Source of the DNA: an uncultured Verrucomicrobiae bacterium
Lineage (GTDB): Bacteria > Verrucomicrobiota > Verrucomicrobiia > Chthoniobacterales > UBA10450
Length of the DNA stretch: 64,000 bases
Reading direction: 5' to 3'
Assembly (NCBI GenBank): GCA_963834385.1
Contig: CAWIBO010000003.1
Span: 384,001-448,000, forward strand
Part shown: piece by piece, positions 32,604 to 42,889 of the stretch
Position numbering within the stretch: the first letter of the stretch is position 1
Layout of the letters: each line of letters starts with the position of its first letter
The notes under the pieces: generated by a model
Database searches by the model: none
The model's input: the letters and a program-made list of their open reading frames with translations, nothing else
What the model was told of the DNA's origin: nothing
Position numbers and translations under genes: made by a program

Positions 32604-33217
32604 TCAGAAAACCACTCCCGAGAGGGTGAACGTCACCGGGGTGGCGACGCGGGAAACTGTTCCCGGCTGGAAACGCCAGCGGCGAAAGGTAGTCAGCACC
32701 GCCTGGTCGAGGAGCGCGCTGCCGGTTGATTGCGCCATGGTTACCTCGATCACCCGGCCGCTGCGCACGTCCACCCGGAGCAGCGCCACACCGGAGCCGG
32801 TCACGTTCGCGCGCCGGGCGGCATACGGGTATTGCGGACGTGGGGCGTGCGTGGCCAGGACGCGCGGATTTCCGGTATAAGAGGTGGGTGGGCCGGTCGC
32901 CGGACGGGAGATCGGCGCGGGGCGCAACGGGCGTATCACCGGCGGCGGAGTGGAGGGGGGCTCGATAAACTCGGGCTCCTCCACCTGGCGCGGCGGTTCC
33001 GGCACGGGCAATTCCTCGAGCGCTGGTGCCGGCAGGACCGGGTCATCGGAGGTCGTCAGGTCACAAACGATCTCGGGAAAGTCGCCGGCGGACCGGCCAC
33101 GACCGTCTCACCGGACCCGGCCAGGCCCACGGCCGCGGCGTGCAAAAGAAGGGCGCCGACAAACGCGAGCAGGATGGGGGTTCGTCGCGGAGAAGCTGGG
33201 AGCCAGAGTGTATGCAT
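32604..33217 (-). CDS. TonB family protein (apparent frameshift near 33080)
   Basis: TM with ALLLH, Pro-rich linker, PQYPYAAR...STGSALLDQA...WRFQP. Confidence 0.82.
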
Positions 33218-33357
33218 GGTGGAGTTTCCTTCTGCGGAGAGAGACACGCGTCCCGGGAAAGAATTACGGATTCTTTCGTGAAAGAATGAAGGAGTCGGCC
33301 GGGGCGGCGGAGAAAAGGCTTGCCCGGCTTTGACCCGCTCCCAAGACTGCCAAAGCC

Positions 33358-34468
33358 ATGATTGTGAAACGCCTGCTCAAGTGGTCCGCTCTTTCTGCTC
33401 CTGGTCATCCTGCTGCTCGTGACCGGTCTGGTGGTCTTCGCTTACTGGCGCTCGGACAATGATTGTGCGGCGCTCACGGCCGCTCCCTCCGGCGAAACGA
33501 TGAAGGCGATCATCCTCTGCGATTACGGCGGCCCGGAAGGTTTGAAACTGGAAACGATCGCGAAGCCGGTGCCCAAGGACGACGGGGTGCTGGTGCGGGT
33601 GCGCGCCGCCGGGGTGAATCCCTACGACTGGCATTTGATGCGCGGCGAACCGTTCCTCATGCGGATGGACTTCGGTTTGCGTAAACCGCGCGGCATGCGC
33701 CTGGGCGTTGACTTCGCCGGGACGGTGGAGGCGGTCGGGAAGAATGTCACCGGCTTCAAGCCAGGCGACGAGGTTTTCGGCGGCAAGGTGGGCGCGTTTG
33801 CCGAATACGTGGCGGTTTCCGAGAGGTCGCTCGTCCTGAAACCGGCCAACGTCAGCCTGGCGCAGGCGGGCGCGGTGCACATCGCCGGCTTGACCGCGCT
33901 CCAGGGGCTGCGCGACCAGGGCCGGCTGAAGGCCGGCGAGAAGGTGCTGATCAATGGCGCCTCCGGAGGCGTGGGAACTTTCGCCGTGCAGATCGCCAAA
34001 ACGCTGGGCGCCGAGGTCACGGGTGTGTGCAGCACGCGCAACGTCGAGATGGTCAAGTCACTGGGGGCGGACCACGTGATCGACTACAAGAACGAGGATT
34101 TCACCAAGGGAACGGAACGCTACGACCTCATCCTCGATATGGTGGGCAACCGCAGCCTGAATGAATGCCGCGGTGTGCTGAAACCGGAGGGCCGCTACGT
34201 CATGGTCGGCGGTCAAAGCGGACGCTGGATCGCGCCGATGGACCGGGCCCTGCGCGCCACGATTCTTTCCCTCTTCGTGGACCAGGAAATGGGGATGATG
34301 CTTTCCGAGGCGAAGAAGGAGGACCTGGCCACGCTGCGCGACCTCATGGAGTCAGGCAAGGTCACGCCGGTAATCGACCGGCGTTATGCGCTGGCGGAGG
34401 TTCCCGAGGCGATCCGATATCTCGAGGAAGGCCACGCCCGGGGCAAGGTGGTCATCGACGTCGAGTAG
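33358..34468 (+). CDS. NAD(P)-dependent alcohol dehydrogenase / quinone oxidoreductase (MDR); apparent frameshift near 33390
   Basis: YGGPE, AAGVNPYDW, GASGGVG, GHARGKVV. Confidence 0.9.
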
Positions 34469-34553
34469 AACAAAGCGTCGGCCTCCGTAGAACCGCGGCG
34501 TTCGATTAACGACTCGTTCGAGGCCGTCGCGTGGGCGGCCTGGTCGCCATCTC

Positions 34554-35105
34554 CTACCCGCCCCCGCCCTGTTCGAGCTCTTTCAACTCCCTTTCCAGGC
34601 GCTGGCGTTCGCGTTCCATCTCAAGGATCCGCCGGTTTTCCTCCTCGATCTTCGCGTTCTCCCGGGCCACCTCTGCCGCCGCCGCTTCTCTCTGCTTCGC
34701 GGCGGTGTCCGCAGCGGTGTTCGTGGTGGTCGGTTCCGCGACGGTAGGTTCGACGGCGGCTGCGGTGGCCTCCGGTTTCGCTATTGTCTCCGGCTTCGCG
34801 GTGGTCCTCTTTGCCGGGGCCGTTTTCGCGGCGGCTTTCGCGCGGTCGGTTCGGGCTTTCACCTCCGCAATCCTCGCCTTTAAGCGCGCGGCGGCTTTGC
34901 CCTGGCGGGCTTCCTGCCTTTGCGTTTTTTCCGCCTGCCGCTCACCCGCCTTCTCCGCCCTGGCCTGTCGTTTGGCGGCCTTGGTCTGGCGGACGTTCTC
35001 CGCGGCTTCGTTATCCGGGAGTTGCGCCGGGAGACGGTCCACGGCCAGGAGTCCGGCGAGCGCGATGAACGCGGCCAGCATTCGGGTGCGGGGGAATGTT
35101 CTCAT
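34554..35105 (-). CDS. Secreted low-complexity coiled-coil hypothetical protein
   Basis: Signal-like N-terminus; A/E/K/R rich. Confidence 0.55.
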   Translation of the reverse strand: MRTFPRTRMLAAFIALAGLLAVDRLPAQLPDNEAAENVRQTKAAKRQARAEKAGERQAEKTQRQEARQGKAAARLKARIAEVKARTDRAKAAAKTAPAKRTTAKPETIAKPEATAAAVEPTVAEPTTTNTAADTAAKQREAAAAEVARENAKIEEENRRILEMERERQRLERELKELEQGGGG

Positions 35106-35157
35106 TCTCCCAGTTTGAGCCCCGGGCCGCGGTCCGGCCAGACCAAAGCGGCCGGTC

Positions 35158-36006
35158 TCAGCCTTTGCCGCCGGTCGTGGCGATGCCCTCGACAAACGCG
35201 CGTTGAGCGAGAAAGAACAGGACCATGACCGGCAGGACCACGAGGGTGGAGGCGGCCATCAGGTGATGCCACGGGGTGCCGCCGAGCTGGCTTTGAAAGC
35301 TTTGCAGGCCGAGTGCGAGGGTGAACTGTTTTTGCTCGGTCAGAAAGATGAGGGGCCCGAGAAAATCGTTCCAGGTGGCCATGAACTGGAAGAGCGCGAC
35401 GACGAGCAGGGCCGGCTTTGAGAGCGGCAGGATGATGCGCCAGAAAATCTGGAACTCGCTGCAGCCATCGAGCCGCGCCGCTTCCGACATGTCCCGCGGG
35501 AGGGTGAGGAAAAACTGGCGCAGGAGAAAGACGTTGAAAGCGCCGGCGAGAAACGAGGGAACCCAGAGCGGCGCGAACGTTCCGATCAGGCCGGCCGCCT
35601 TGAAGAGGCCGTAGATCGGCACCATCACGACCGGGAAGGGGATCATCATGGTGGCGAGCAGGACCAGGAAGACCTTGTCGCGACCCGGCCAGTCGATGCG
35701 CGAGAAACCGTAGGCGGCGAGCGAGCTGCTCGCGACTGTGCCGACGACCGTGAGCAGGCAGAGGAAGACGGTGTTCCCGGTGTAGCGCCAGAAATAGCCC
35801 ATCGCCTCGATCGCGTCCGGGTAGTTGCGCCACTGGAACGTGCTCGGAATCCACTCGGGCGGCAGGGACATGGTCTCGGGCAACGGTTTGAGCGAGGTGG
35901 AGATCATCCAGGCAAACGGGGCCAGGAAGGCGACGCCTGCGAGGATGAGCACGGCCAGGACGAGGAGGTTGCGGACGCGCCGGGCGCTGGTGTTTCGCAT
36001 CGTCAT
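35158..36006 (-). CDS. Carbohydrate ABC transporter permease (MalG-like)
   Basis: AAYGFSR, EAARLDG, WNDFLGP. Confidence 0.92.
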   Translation of the reverse strand: MTMRNTSARRVRNLLVLAVLILAGVAFLAPFAWMISTSLKPLPETMSLPPEWIPSTFQWRNYPDAIEAMGYFWRYTGNTVFLCLLTVVGTVASSSLAAYGFSRIDWPGRDKVFLVLLATMMIPFPVVMVPIYGLFKAAGLIGTFAPLWVPSFLAGAFNVFLLRQFFLTLPRDMSEAARLDGCSEFQIFWRIILPLSKPALLVVALFQFMATWNDFLGPLIFLTEQKQFTLALGLQSFQSQLGGTPWHHLMAASTLVVLPVMVLFFLAQRAFVEGIATTGGKG

Positions 36007-36923
36007 TTCGCGGCGTAGTAGATGTGCCGCTCGGAGAGTTTCGTGGCCGCGTAGGTCAGGCCCAGGATGAGAAGGAAGAGCACCAGCCCGATGGCGCAGG
36101 CGTAGCCCATGTTCCAGTAATCGAAGGCGTTCTGGTAAAGATAGGTCGCCATGAAAAGGAGCGAACGCTCCGGGCCGTCGCCGCCGCCGGTCATGACGTA
36201 AGGCACGGCAAAGACCTGGAACGACCCGATCAGGCCCATGATGGTGTTGAAATAGATGACCGGGGAAAGGATCGGCACGGTGATGTGCCGGGTCTTGTGC
36301 CAGAAATTGGCGCCGTCGATCTCGGCGGACTCGTAAAGATGCCGCGGCACGCTCCTGGAGACCGGCGAGATAGATGACCACGGCGTGGCCGATGCCCCAA
36401 AGGCTCGTGAAAATGATGCCCCACTTCGCGTAACGCGCTTCCATGAGCCAGTTGGGCGGGGTCGAGTTCCGTCCCGAGGAGTGCGTTGATCCCGCGGAAG
36501 AACGGCAGGAGCGCGTTGTTGATCAGCCCGAGTTCGCCGTTGAGCATCCATTGCCAGAGGACCGCGAGGCAGACCATCGGCACGAGCGACGGCAGAAAGA
36601 AAATCGTCCGGAGAAGGCCGCGCGCGGGGATGTCGAAATTGAGGAGGATGGCCAGGGAGAGCGACATCACCAGTCCGAGCGGAATGGCAAAAGCGGCGAA
36701 GAAAAGCGTGTTGTAGAGCGCTTTCCAGAAGACGGCGTCGGTGAACAGATCGATGTAGTTTTGCGTGCCGACGAAAACGGCGGGCGAGAGCACGGAATAA
36801 TCGCAGAGCGAGAAATAGAGGCTGCTCAGGAGCGGATAAACGCACAGGGCCAGGAACCCGAGGATCCACGGGACTGATGAAGAGCAGCCCGAGCCGGAGG
36901 TTGCGTCGTTCCTCCCGGGTCAT
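36003..36923 (-). CDS. Sugar ABC transporter permease (MalF-like), several apparent frameshifts
   Basis: GLLFISP, FVGTQNY, FFLPSLVP, LYESAEIDGA, MGYACA in different frames. Confidence 0.85.
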   Translation of the reverse strand: MTREERRNLRLGLLFISPVDPRVPGPVRLSAPEQPLFLALRLFRALARRFRRHAKLHRSVHRRRLLESALQHAFLRRFCHSARTGDVALPGHPPQFRHPRARPSPDDFLSAVARADGLPRGPLAMDAQRRTRADQQRAPAVLPRDQRTPRDGTRPRPTGSWKRVTRSGASFSRAFGASATPWSSISPVSRSVPRHLYESAEIDGANFWHKTRHITVPILSPVIYFNTIMGLIGSFQVFAVPYVMTGGGDGPERSLLFMATYLYQNAFDYWNMGYACAIGLVLFLLILGLTYAATKLSERHIYYAAK

Positions 36924-38277
36924 GGCTGTTCCTCCCGCCATTCCTCGGTCAGCTTGTGCGACACGCGCTCCCAGCGGTTCCGGCGATGGTCGAAGACCGC
37001 CTGCTACATGCTCCTGCACGTCGTGCAGAGCCACCGCCGCGTCGGTCTTGCCCGACCAGATCCGGCCGACGGCGTTGCGCATGTCGTTGCGGTAAATCGA
37101 TCCAGATGGTCATCTGCGGGGACAAAGCGCGTTCGGGCTTTTGGCCAGCTCGAGGAATTCGCCGATGTAGGGATTGGGATGGCGCTGGAAAAACTCGGGG
37201 CTGACCTCGCGCAGCGGCGTGAACTTGCGCTGGCCCAGGCAGAGTTTTTCCATCGGCTTCTGCTGGTTGACGTAGCGGATGAATTCGAAGGCTTCTCGCG
37301 GATGACGGGCCCCCGCCGGAATGACGAGCAGATCGGCTTCGACCATGGTCACGGGCGGACTTGCTCCGGATCTGGGCCTGCGGAAATGCGGCCACGCCCC
37401 ATTCGAAATCCGGCGGCGCGTAATTCTTGATGAAATTGTAGATCCAGGCGCCCTGCAGCACCATGGCGACTCGACCGGAAAAAAACGGATTCTGCGGAGA
37501 AGCGAAATTGCCGAAACTGTCGCGGAACGCGAGCAGGTCACGCGCGCCGAAGCGTTCGGGATAGGACTCGATCCAGCGGTAGGCCGCGATGTTTTCCGGC
37601 GAGGCTGCCGTGATTCGTTCCCTGGCCGTCCCAAAGCCGGCCGCCGAACCACCAGCCCCAGATGTCGCTGCACCAGTCGGGCTCGGCCGGGAGATGGCCG
37701 ATGGCCTCAAGGCGGCCGTCCGGCCGGCGCTTGACCAGCTTCTCATTGAACTCCTCCAGCTCGGCGATCGAGCGCGGCGGCTGTTCCGGATCGAGCCCGG
37801 CTTCGCGGAAAAGTTTCTTGTTCCAGACCAGGGCGAGCGCGCCCGGCGTGCTCGGGAGAGCCCAGAGATGGTCGCGATGGGAGCACAGGTTCCAGAAGAC
37901 GTCGATGTATTGTTCGGCCGAGACGCCGCCTTCCGCCGCCAGCCGGTCGAGCGGCGTAAGCGCGTTGTTCTCCGCGTAAACCGCCACCATGCGTGACCAG
38001 ATCCCGGCCACGTCCGGCGGTACGCCGCCCGCCGTGGCGAGCATCAGGCTTGCGGTCGAGTCTGGCTGACGCTCGAGTAATCGACAAAGATGCGGTCCTG
38101 CGCGGCGTTGAAGTCGTCCACCACCGCGCGCATCGCGTCGGCCTCGAAGCCGGTCCATTTTTCCCAGTATTTGATGATCACGCGGCCTTCGCGCTGGCCC
38201 GTGCCCGCCGGGGTGCACGCGCCCAGAAAGGCGCCGAGCAGGAGCACCAGACCGCAACCGTGGCGGACGGCCGTCAC
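36920..38277 (-). CDS. Sugar ABC transporter substrate-binding lipoprotein, several apparent frameshifts
   Basis: LGAC lipobox, YWEKWTG, PPDVA, WNKKLFREAGLDP, FFSGRVAM in different frames. Confidence 0.82.
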
Positions 38278-40694
38278 GAAATCACCTCGGCCTCCAGCCG
38301 AAAGTCGCGGCCGTCGTTCTCGAGCCATGCGCTTCCCTCCGCGAGCTCGAGTGCCGCGCCGTCGAGGGTAAGCCCGCGGCAGGCCGCGCCGTGCCAGCAA
38401 AGACGAAACCGTTCCCTTCGAAACTCCGGGTAGCCTTTGCCGGTCACGGTCGCGCTGAGGCTCAGCCGGTTTCCTTTCCGCTCGAGCAAAAACTCGGTGC
38501 GATAAAACGCGCCCCGATCCGCGGCGAAAGTCACGCCATCGTCCTCCTGCAGGAGCGAACGCGTGGCGCCCTCTTCTTCCGGGACGAAAAGGTGGAGCTC
38601 GATCTCGGTCGGATGAAAATCCCGGGTCGAGGGCGGCGCGCCCGGCCACAACGGAATGATCGCGCCGCCGCGCGCGTAAAGCGGAATGAATTCGAGCGGC
38701 GCCGCCGCCCGCACCGTCCGGCCGCCGTTGATCCTCTCGCCCGTGTGCCATTGGTGCCATGTGCCCGCGGGGAGATAGACCTCGCGCTCCCGAGCCTCCG
38801 ACTCGCAGATCGGCGCCACCAACAGGTGGTCGCCCAGGAGATACTGGTCGTCGATGCCATGGGTGGCCGGGTCCGTTTGATAATCGAAGAGGAGCGGTTT
38901 CTGCACCGGCTCGCCTGTTTCGGTCGCCCGGACAAAGCTCGCGTAGAGATAGGGGAGCAGCCGGTAACGCAGTTCGATCGCCTCACGGCAAAGGCGTTCG
39001 GTTTCTTCGCCGAAAGCCCACGGATATTGGTCGGCCCGCCCGGCGCAGTTGTGGTTGCGGCAAAAAGGGGTGAGGACGCCGCTTTGATACCAGCGCACGA
39101 GCAGTTCCGCGGTGGTGTCTCCCATGAAACCGCCAATATCGGCCCCGACAAAGGGCTGCCCGGAAACGCCGAGGCCGAGCGCCATCGGAATGCTCAGGCG
39201 CAGATGGTCCCAGCGGGAAACGTTGTCGCCCATCCAGTTGGCGGCGTAACGCTGGAGTCCCGGCGAGCCCGCCCTTGAGAGGACGAAGAACCGCTGGTCC
39301 GGGCGCGCTTTTTGCAGGCCTTCCACCGTGCCCATGGCCATGAGCAGGGCATACTGATTGTGATACTGCTCGTGCGAAAAGCGGCCACGCCCGAAGCGCA
39401 TGGCGTGGTCCGGCACGTCGCCCGTCGCCGGCTCGTTCATGTCGTTCCAGATGCCGGCAAGCCCGGAGCGGACATGCGCGGCATTGAGTTCGCCCCACCA
39501 GGCCCGCGTTTCCGGCAAAAGAAAATCGGGGAAAGCGGTCCGGCCCGGCCAGACCTGCCCGATGTAGACCGCGCCGCCTTCCGTTCGGCAAAGGAGATCG
39601 CGGCGCAGAGCCTCGTCGAAAACGGCGTAGCCTTCCTCCTCTTTCACGCCCGGATCAATGATCGTGACCACGCCGAAACCCTGTTCACCGAGACGGGCCA
39701 GCATTTTTTCGGGTGTGGGAAAGCGGTCGGGATCCCAGGTGAAAACGCGGTAACCGTCCATGTGATCGATGTCGAGCCAGAGGGTGTCGCACGGAATGTT
39801 GCGGGTGCGAAAGGTCTGCCCGAGTTCCTCCACCTTCTCCTGGCTATAGGCGAACCACCGGCTTTGGTGATGGCCTAGCGCCCAGAGCGGCGGCAGCTTC
39901 ATCCGGCCGGTCAGCCAGGTGTAGCCGACCAGGATGTCGCGCATCGACGGCCCGGCCATGATGTATTCGGTGTACTGGCCGCCGGTGAAATGGATGCCGT
40001 AGTGCTCCGCGCCGGCGAAATCGCAATGGCTCCGGTAACCATTATCGAAAAAAAATCCGGCGAGGTTGCACGAACCCGCGGGCCGATGATAAAAAAACGG
40101 AATCGAAATGTAGTAAGGATCGAATTCGGTGCTCGTCGGGTCGCGCGGGTCGGCCCCGTCGGTCCCTTCGCGGTAGCCGCCGCTGACCGCGGGTGCGAGC
40201 ACGTCGGAGTTCCAGAGGGTGAAGGTGCGGCCACGGCGATTGAAGCTCCCCGTTTTTTCCCCGAGCCCGAAGAAAGCGTCCCCCGGATCGCAGGCGCGCC
40301 GGGTGACCCATTCGTCATTAAGGGTGCCATGGAACGCGCTTGCTCCATCGTCGCCAACGAATTCCCGGAGGATAACGGTGCCATCGACGCGCGTCACCTC
40401 GAGCCCGAACGGGCGTTTGTGCACCGTCACGGTTAGAGCGGAGGTCCGAAGCCGGACCAGGTCGTTCTCTTCCTCGATCGTGAAAGGGGGCGGCTCGGGA
40501 AATTCCGCGCAGACGGCAAACGTCGGCTGATCGTCGAACCGGCCCTGTCGGGAAATCCGGAGGCGCACGATATCGTCGCGGATCGCATCGATTTGCAAAC
40601 GCTCGCGCAAAGGCGCCAGCGCGAGCTCGAGTCCGCGCGCGGTCCGGCGCACCTCCGTCACGCCTTCGATGAACTGGAAATGAGCGGTGTTCAT
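38274..40694 (-). CDS. Glycoside hydrolase family 31 (alpha-glucosidase-like)
   Basis: GLGEK, WLDID, WNDMNEP, WMGDN, GADIGGF. Confidence 0.95.
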   Translation of the reverse strand: MNTAHFQFIEGVTEVRRTARGLELALAPLRERLQIDAIRDDIVRLRISRQGRFDDQPTFAVCAEFPEPPPFTIEEENDLVRLRTSALTVTVHKRPFGLEVTRVDGTVILREFVGDDGASAFHGTLNDEWVTRRACDPGDAFFGLGEKTGSFNRRGRTFTLWNSDVLAPAVSGGYREGTDGADPRDPTSTEFDPYYISIPFFYHRPAGSCNLAGFFFDNGYRSHCDFAGAEHYGIHFTGGQYTEYIMAGPSMRDILVGYTWLTGRMKLPPLWALGHHQSRWFAYSQEKVEELGQTFRTRNIPCDTLWLDIDHMDGYRVFTWDPDRFPTPEKMLARLGEQGFGVVTIIDPGVKEEEGYAVFDEALRRDLLCRTEGGAVYIGQVWPGRTAFPDFLLPETRAWWGELNAAHVRSGLAGIWNDMNEPATGDVPDHAMRFGRGRFSHEQYHNQYALLMAMGTVEGLQKARPDQRFFVLSRAGSPGLQRYAANWMGDNVSRWDHLRLSIPMALGLGVSGQPFVGADIGGFMGDTTAELLVRWYQSGVLTPFCRNHNCAGRADQYPWAFGEETERLCREAIELRYRLLPYLYASFVRATETGEPVQKPLLFDYQTDPATHGIDDQYLLGDHLLVAPICESEAREREVYLPAGTWHQWHTGERINGGRTVRAAAPLEFIPLYARGGAIIPLWPGAPPSTRDFHPTEIELHLFVPEEEGATRSLLQEDDGVTFAADRGAFYRTEFLLERKGNRLSLSATVTGKGYPEFRRERFRLCWHGAACRGLTLDGAALELAEGSAWLENDGRDFRLEAEVIS

Positions 40695-40734
40695 GTCGCG
40701 GCGTGGGCGCTTCCCGGTGAAGCGCCGAGGGACC

Positions 40735-41961
40735 TCACTGGCCGATGGTCGAAAACATGCCGGGCCGGCTGCTGCTTTCGGCCCGCCAGATTGGTCCTTC
40801 CTCGGAATGCGGCGGGAGCTTTTGCCCGGCCCCGAGCGGGAACGGTTTGGCCGGGCCCATCCGGAACACCGGCAGAATCGGGTTGCCGCCCGGTTCCTTG
40901 GGATAAGTGGCGCCTTCCTTCTCGATCAGGAAAATCGCGGAAAATTGGCCGCCCGGCTGTTCGCCCACGAGGATTTCGATGGGATACGATTTGCCCGCCT
41001 CCACCTGCACGCGTTCGCCTTTCACAAACCCGCCCGGCTGCTCCGGCTCGCGCCATTTGTAATGATAATTGCCGAGTGACTTTGTGATTTTCTCCGAGTT
41101 GATGTTCCAGCAGGCGCCCAGGACCGTTTTGCCGCGGAACCGGACAAAGAGAACGTCGTCGCCCGCGCCGACGAAACTGAAGGTGCCGCTTTCGGGCGCG
41201 ATGACGTCGCCTTTGTACCAGGCCAGCCACATTCTCGGTTGCACGTCGCGGCCGACGTCAAACGCCTTTGGGCCTTCCTCGGCCGGGATCGCCGGGATGA
41301 GGAAACGCGTGGCGTAAAGCGGGCTGGGCGCGCGATAGAATTTGTTCAGGACGGTGGCGTTCCAGCCTTCCTGGATGAATTCGTAAACGAGCGCCCCGTA
41401 TTTGTCCGGGTCCATCTCGGTCGGTTTGCGGCCGGCGGTTTGTTTCAGGTCGTAGAACGTTCCCTTGATTCCGCCCGAGCTGGCTTCGCGCAGGCCGAAC
41501 ATGGAGACCGGGCCGCCGCCCGCGCTCGAGGCGGCCGCGCCCGCCGGCCCGCCGAGGGCGCCAAGGTTCATCCCGGTGGCGCCCGCCATCTGGTTCGGTT
41601 TCACCGCGGCGCGCGGCATGGCCGGCATTTCCGGGAGAGTGAATTTGGCTGCGCCGGTGCTGACGATCCGTTTGACCGCGGGCGCGCTCATCATGTTCTG
41701 TTTTTTCGCCATCTGTACTTTGTGCTCGATCGCGCGGCTGGCGCGGTTCGGGGAAGGGGCGCCCGCCTTGAAGGTGAGCTTGCGGGTGGCGGCATATTGT
41801 TGCACCACCCAGACCGCGGCGATCAGCCCGAGCACGAGGTGAACAATGATGGAGATGAAAAGGAACCGCATCCCCATGAGGCGGCGGAGCCAGCCCGCGG
41901 GCGGTTTCGCGGCGGGAGTTTCGAGCTGGACCGGTTCTGTCTCTCGCGTCTCGACGGGCAT
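40735..41961 (-). CDS. Membrane-anchored hypothetical protein with a possible PA14-like C-terminal domain
   Basis: TM ISIIVH, low-complexity linker, GTFYDLKQ...GTFSFVGAGDD...YPIEILVGE. Confidence 0.65.
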   Translation of the reverse strand: MPVETRETEPVQLETPAAKPPAGWLRRLMGMRFLFISIIVHLVLGLIAAVWVVQQYAATRKLTFKAGAPSPNRASRAIEHKVQMAKKQNMMSAPAVKRIVSTGAAKFTLPEMPAMPRAAVKPNQMAGATGMNLGALGGPAGAAASSAGGGPVSMFGLREASSGGIKGTFYDLKQTAGRKPTEMDPDKYGALVYEFIQEGWNATVLNKFYRAPSPLYATRFLIPAIPAEEGPKAFDVGRDVQPRMWLAWYKGDVIAPESGTFSFVGAGDDVLFVRFRGKTVLGACWNINSEKITKSLGNYHYKWREPEQPGGFVKGERVQVEAGKSYPIEILVGEQPGGQFSAIFLIEKEGATYPKEPGGNPILPVFRMGPAKPFPLGAGQKLPPHSEEGPIWRAESSSRPGMFSTIGQ

Positions 41962-42078
41962 CAAATCAGGGGAAGGCAAAAACGGGATTTTTCCCGCTCC
42001 ACAGTATCAGCGCTCTCTCGAAACGGAAGGGGCCGATGCCTTTTTTCCGTCACTTTGAGTCAGACGAAGAAGATTGAG

Positions 42079-42230
42079 GTCCGCAGATTACGCAGATGGA
42101 CGCAGATTTTGGGGGAGGTGCCGGCGGCGCGACGGTCGGTGGCGGGTCCGCTTCTCTCTTCCGTCATCCTGAGCGAAGCGAAGGACCTCCCATGCCAGCA
42201 CAACGCGACGCTTCCAGTTGCACCCTGGAG
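42079..42230 (+). repeat. Composite direct repeat, copy 1 (RCAGATT tandem + REP-like half element)
   Basis: CTTCCGTCATCCTGAGCGAAGCGAAGGACCTCCCATGCCAGCAC at 42158-42201 is identical to 42967-43010. Confidence 0.9.
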
Positions 42231-42241
42231 AGATCGCCAAT

Positions 42242-42270
42242 GTGACAGCGTCTGGCGCTCGTTGTAGAAT
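42242..42270 (+). promoter_or_regulatory. Sigma-70 promoter, probable leaderless transcript
   Basis: GTGACA-N17-TAGAAT, 6 nt before GTG 42277. Confidence 0.65.
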
Positions 42271-42276
42271 CGTTGC

Positions 42277-42498
42277 GTGAGCACTGTCACCGAGATTCGC
42301 GAAGCGATCCGAAAGCTGCCAAGCGAGGACGCGTGGAAGCTGGCGGCTGAGTTGCGGGAGTATCTCGACGTTCTTTGGGATCGGCAATTCGAAGAGGATG
42401 TCAAAGCTGGTCGCCTGGACGATATAATCGCACACGCTCGCGAAGCGCACGCCGCGGGCAAGAGTCGGCCGATGGATGAAATCATCGGGAACGACTGA
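42277..42498 (+). CDS. Putative type II antitoxin (RelE/ParE-associated)
   Basis: MSTVTEIREAIRKLP...WDRQFEEDVKAGRLD pattern; overlaps a toxin-like start. Confidence 0.75.
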   Translation: MSTVTEIREAIRKLPSEDAWKLAAELREYLDVLWDRQFEEDVKAGRLDDIIAHAREAHAAGKSRPMDEIIGND

Positions 42499-42548
42499 CT
42501 TCTGGCGACTTTATCGGCGGTTGCCGGAGCCGGTGGCAAAGAGATCGA
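42476..42548 (+). pseudogene. Truncated RelE/ParE-like toxin (N-terminus only)
   Basis: MKSSGTTDFWRLYRRLPEPV, then runs into antisense hicA/hicB. Confidence 0.65.
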
Positions 42549-42549
42549 A

Positions 42550-42591
42550 GGATACCTCGTTGGCTGTGCGAACAGGGAAGCGTTCGCTCAC
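42550..42591 (-). pseudogene. Truncated HicA-like toxin (N-terminus only)
   Basis: GTG overlapping the hicB stop; MSERFPVRTANEV, then no GSH motif. Confidence 0.55.
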
Positions 42592-42791
42592 GCGAGGGCA
42601 ACTTCCAACACCTTTGCACTCGGGGATAAACGAACTGGGCTGGGCTCAAACCATAGCTCCAAAGCCTCCTTGGCGTTGTGAACTGCCTCTTCCTCGGTTT
42701 CACCAGCCGAGGCGCACCCAGGCAGCTCGGGAAAAAACGCGGCCCAACGATTCGTTTCCCGGTCCTGTTCCACCACAAGGCGCAATTTCAT
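42588..42791 (-). CDS. HicB family antitoxin
   Basis: FPELPGCASAGETEEEAVHNAKEALELW. Confidence 0.9.
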   Translation of the reverse strand: MKLRLVVEQDRETNRWAAFFPELPGCASAGETEEEAVHNAKEALELWFEPSPVRLSPSAKVLEVALA

Positions 42792-42797
42792 GATCGA

Positions 42798-42826
42798 ATG
42801 GTATGCGGTTCTTCTCTTGACGACAA
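42798..42826 (-). promoter_or_regulatory. Sigma-70 promoter of hicB, probable leaderless transcript
   Basis: TTGTCG-N17-TACCAT, 6 nt before ATG 42791. Confidence 0.65.
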
Positions 42827-42889
42827 ACTCTCAATCCGATGTCGAGAAGAAGGAGGCGTGGCGATGCCGCGGAGCCTAACGAAGATGAA

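Noticed and set aside
42476..42793. 105-aa intact toxin ORF
   Set aside because: Only the first ~23 aa are toxin-like; the rest is antisense to hicB
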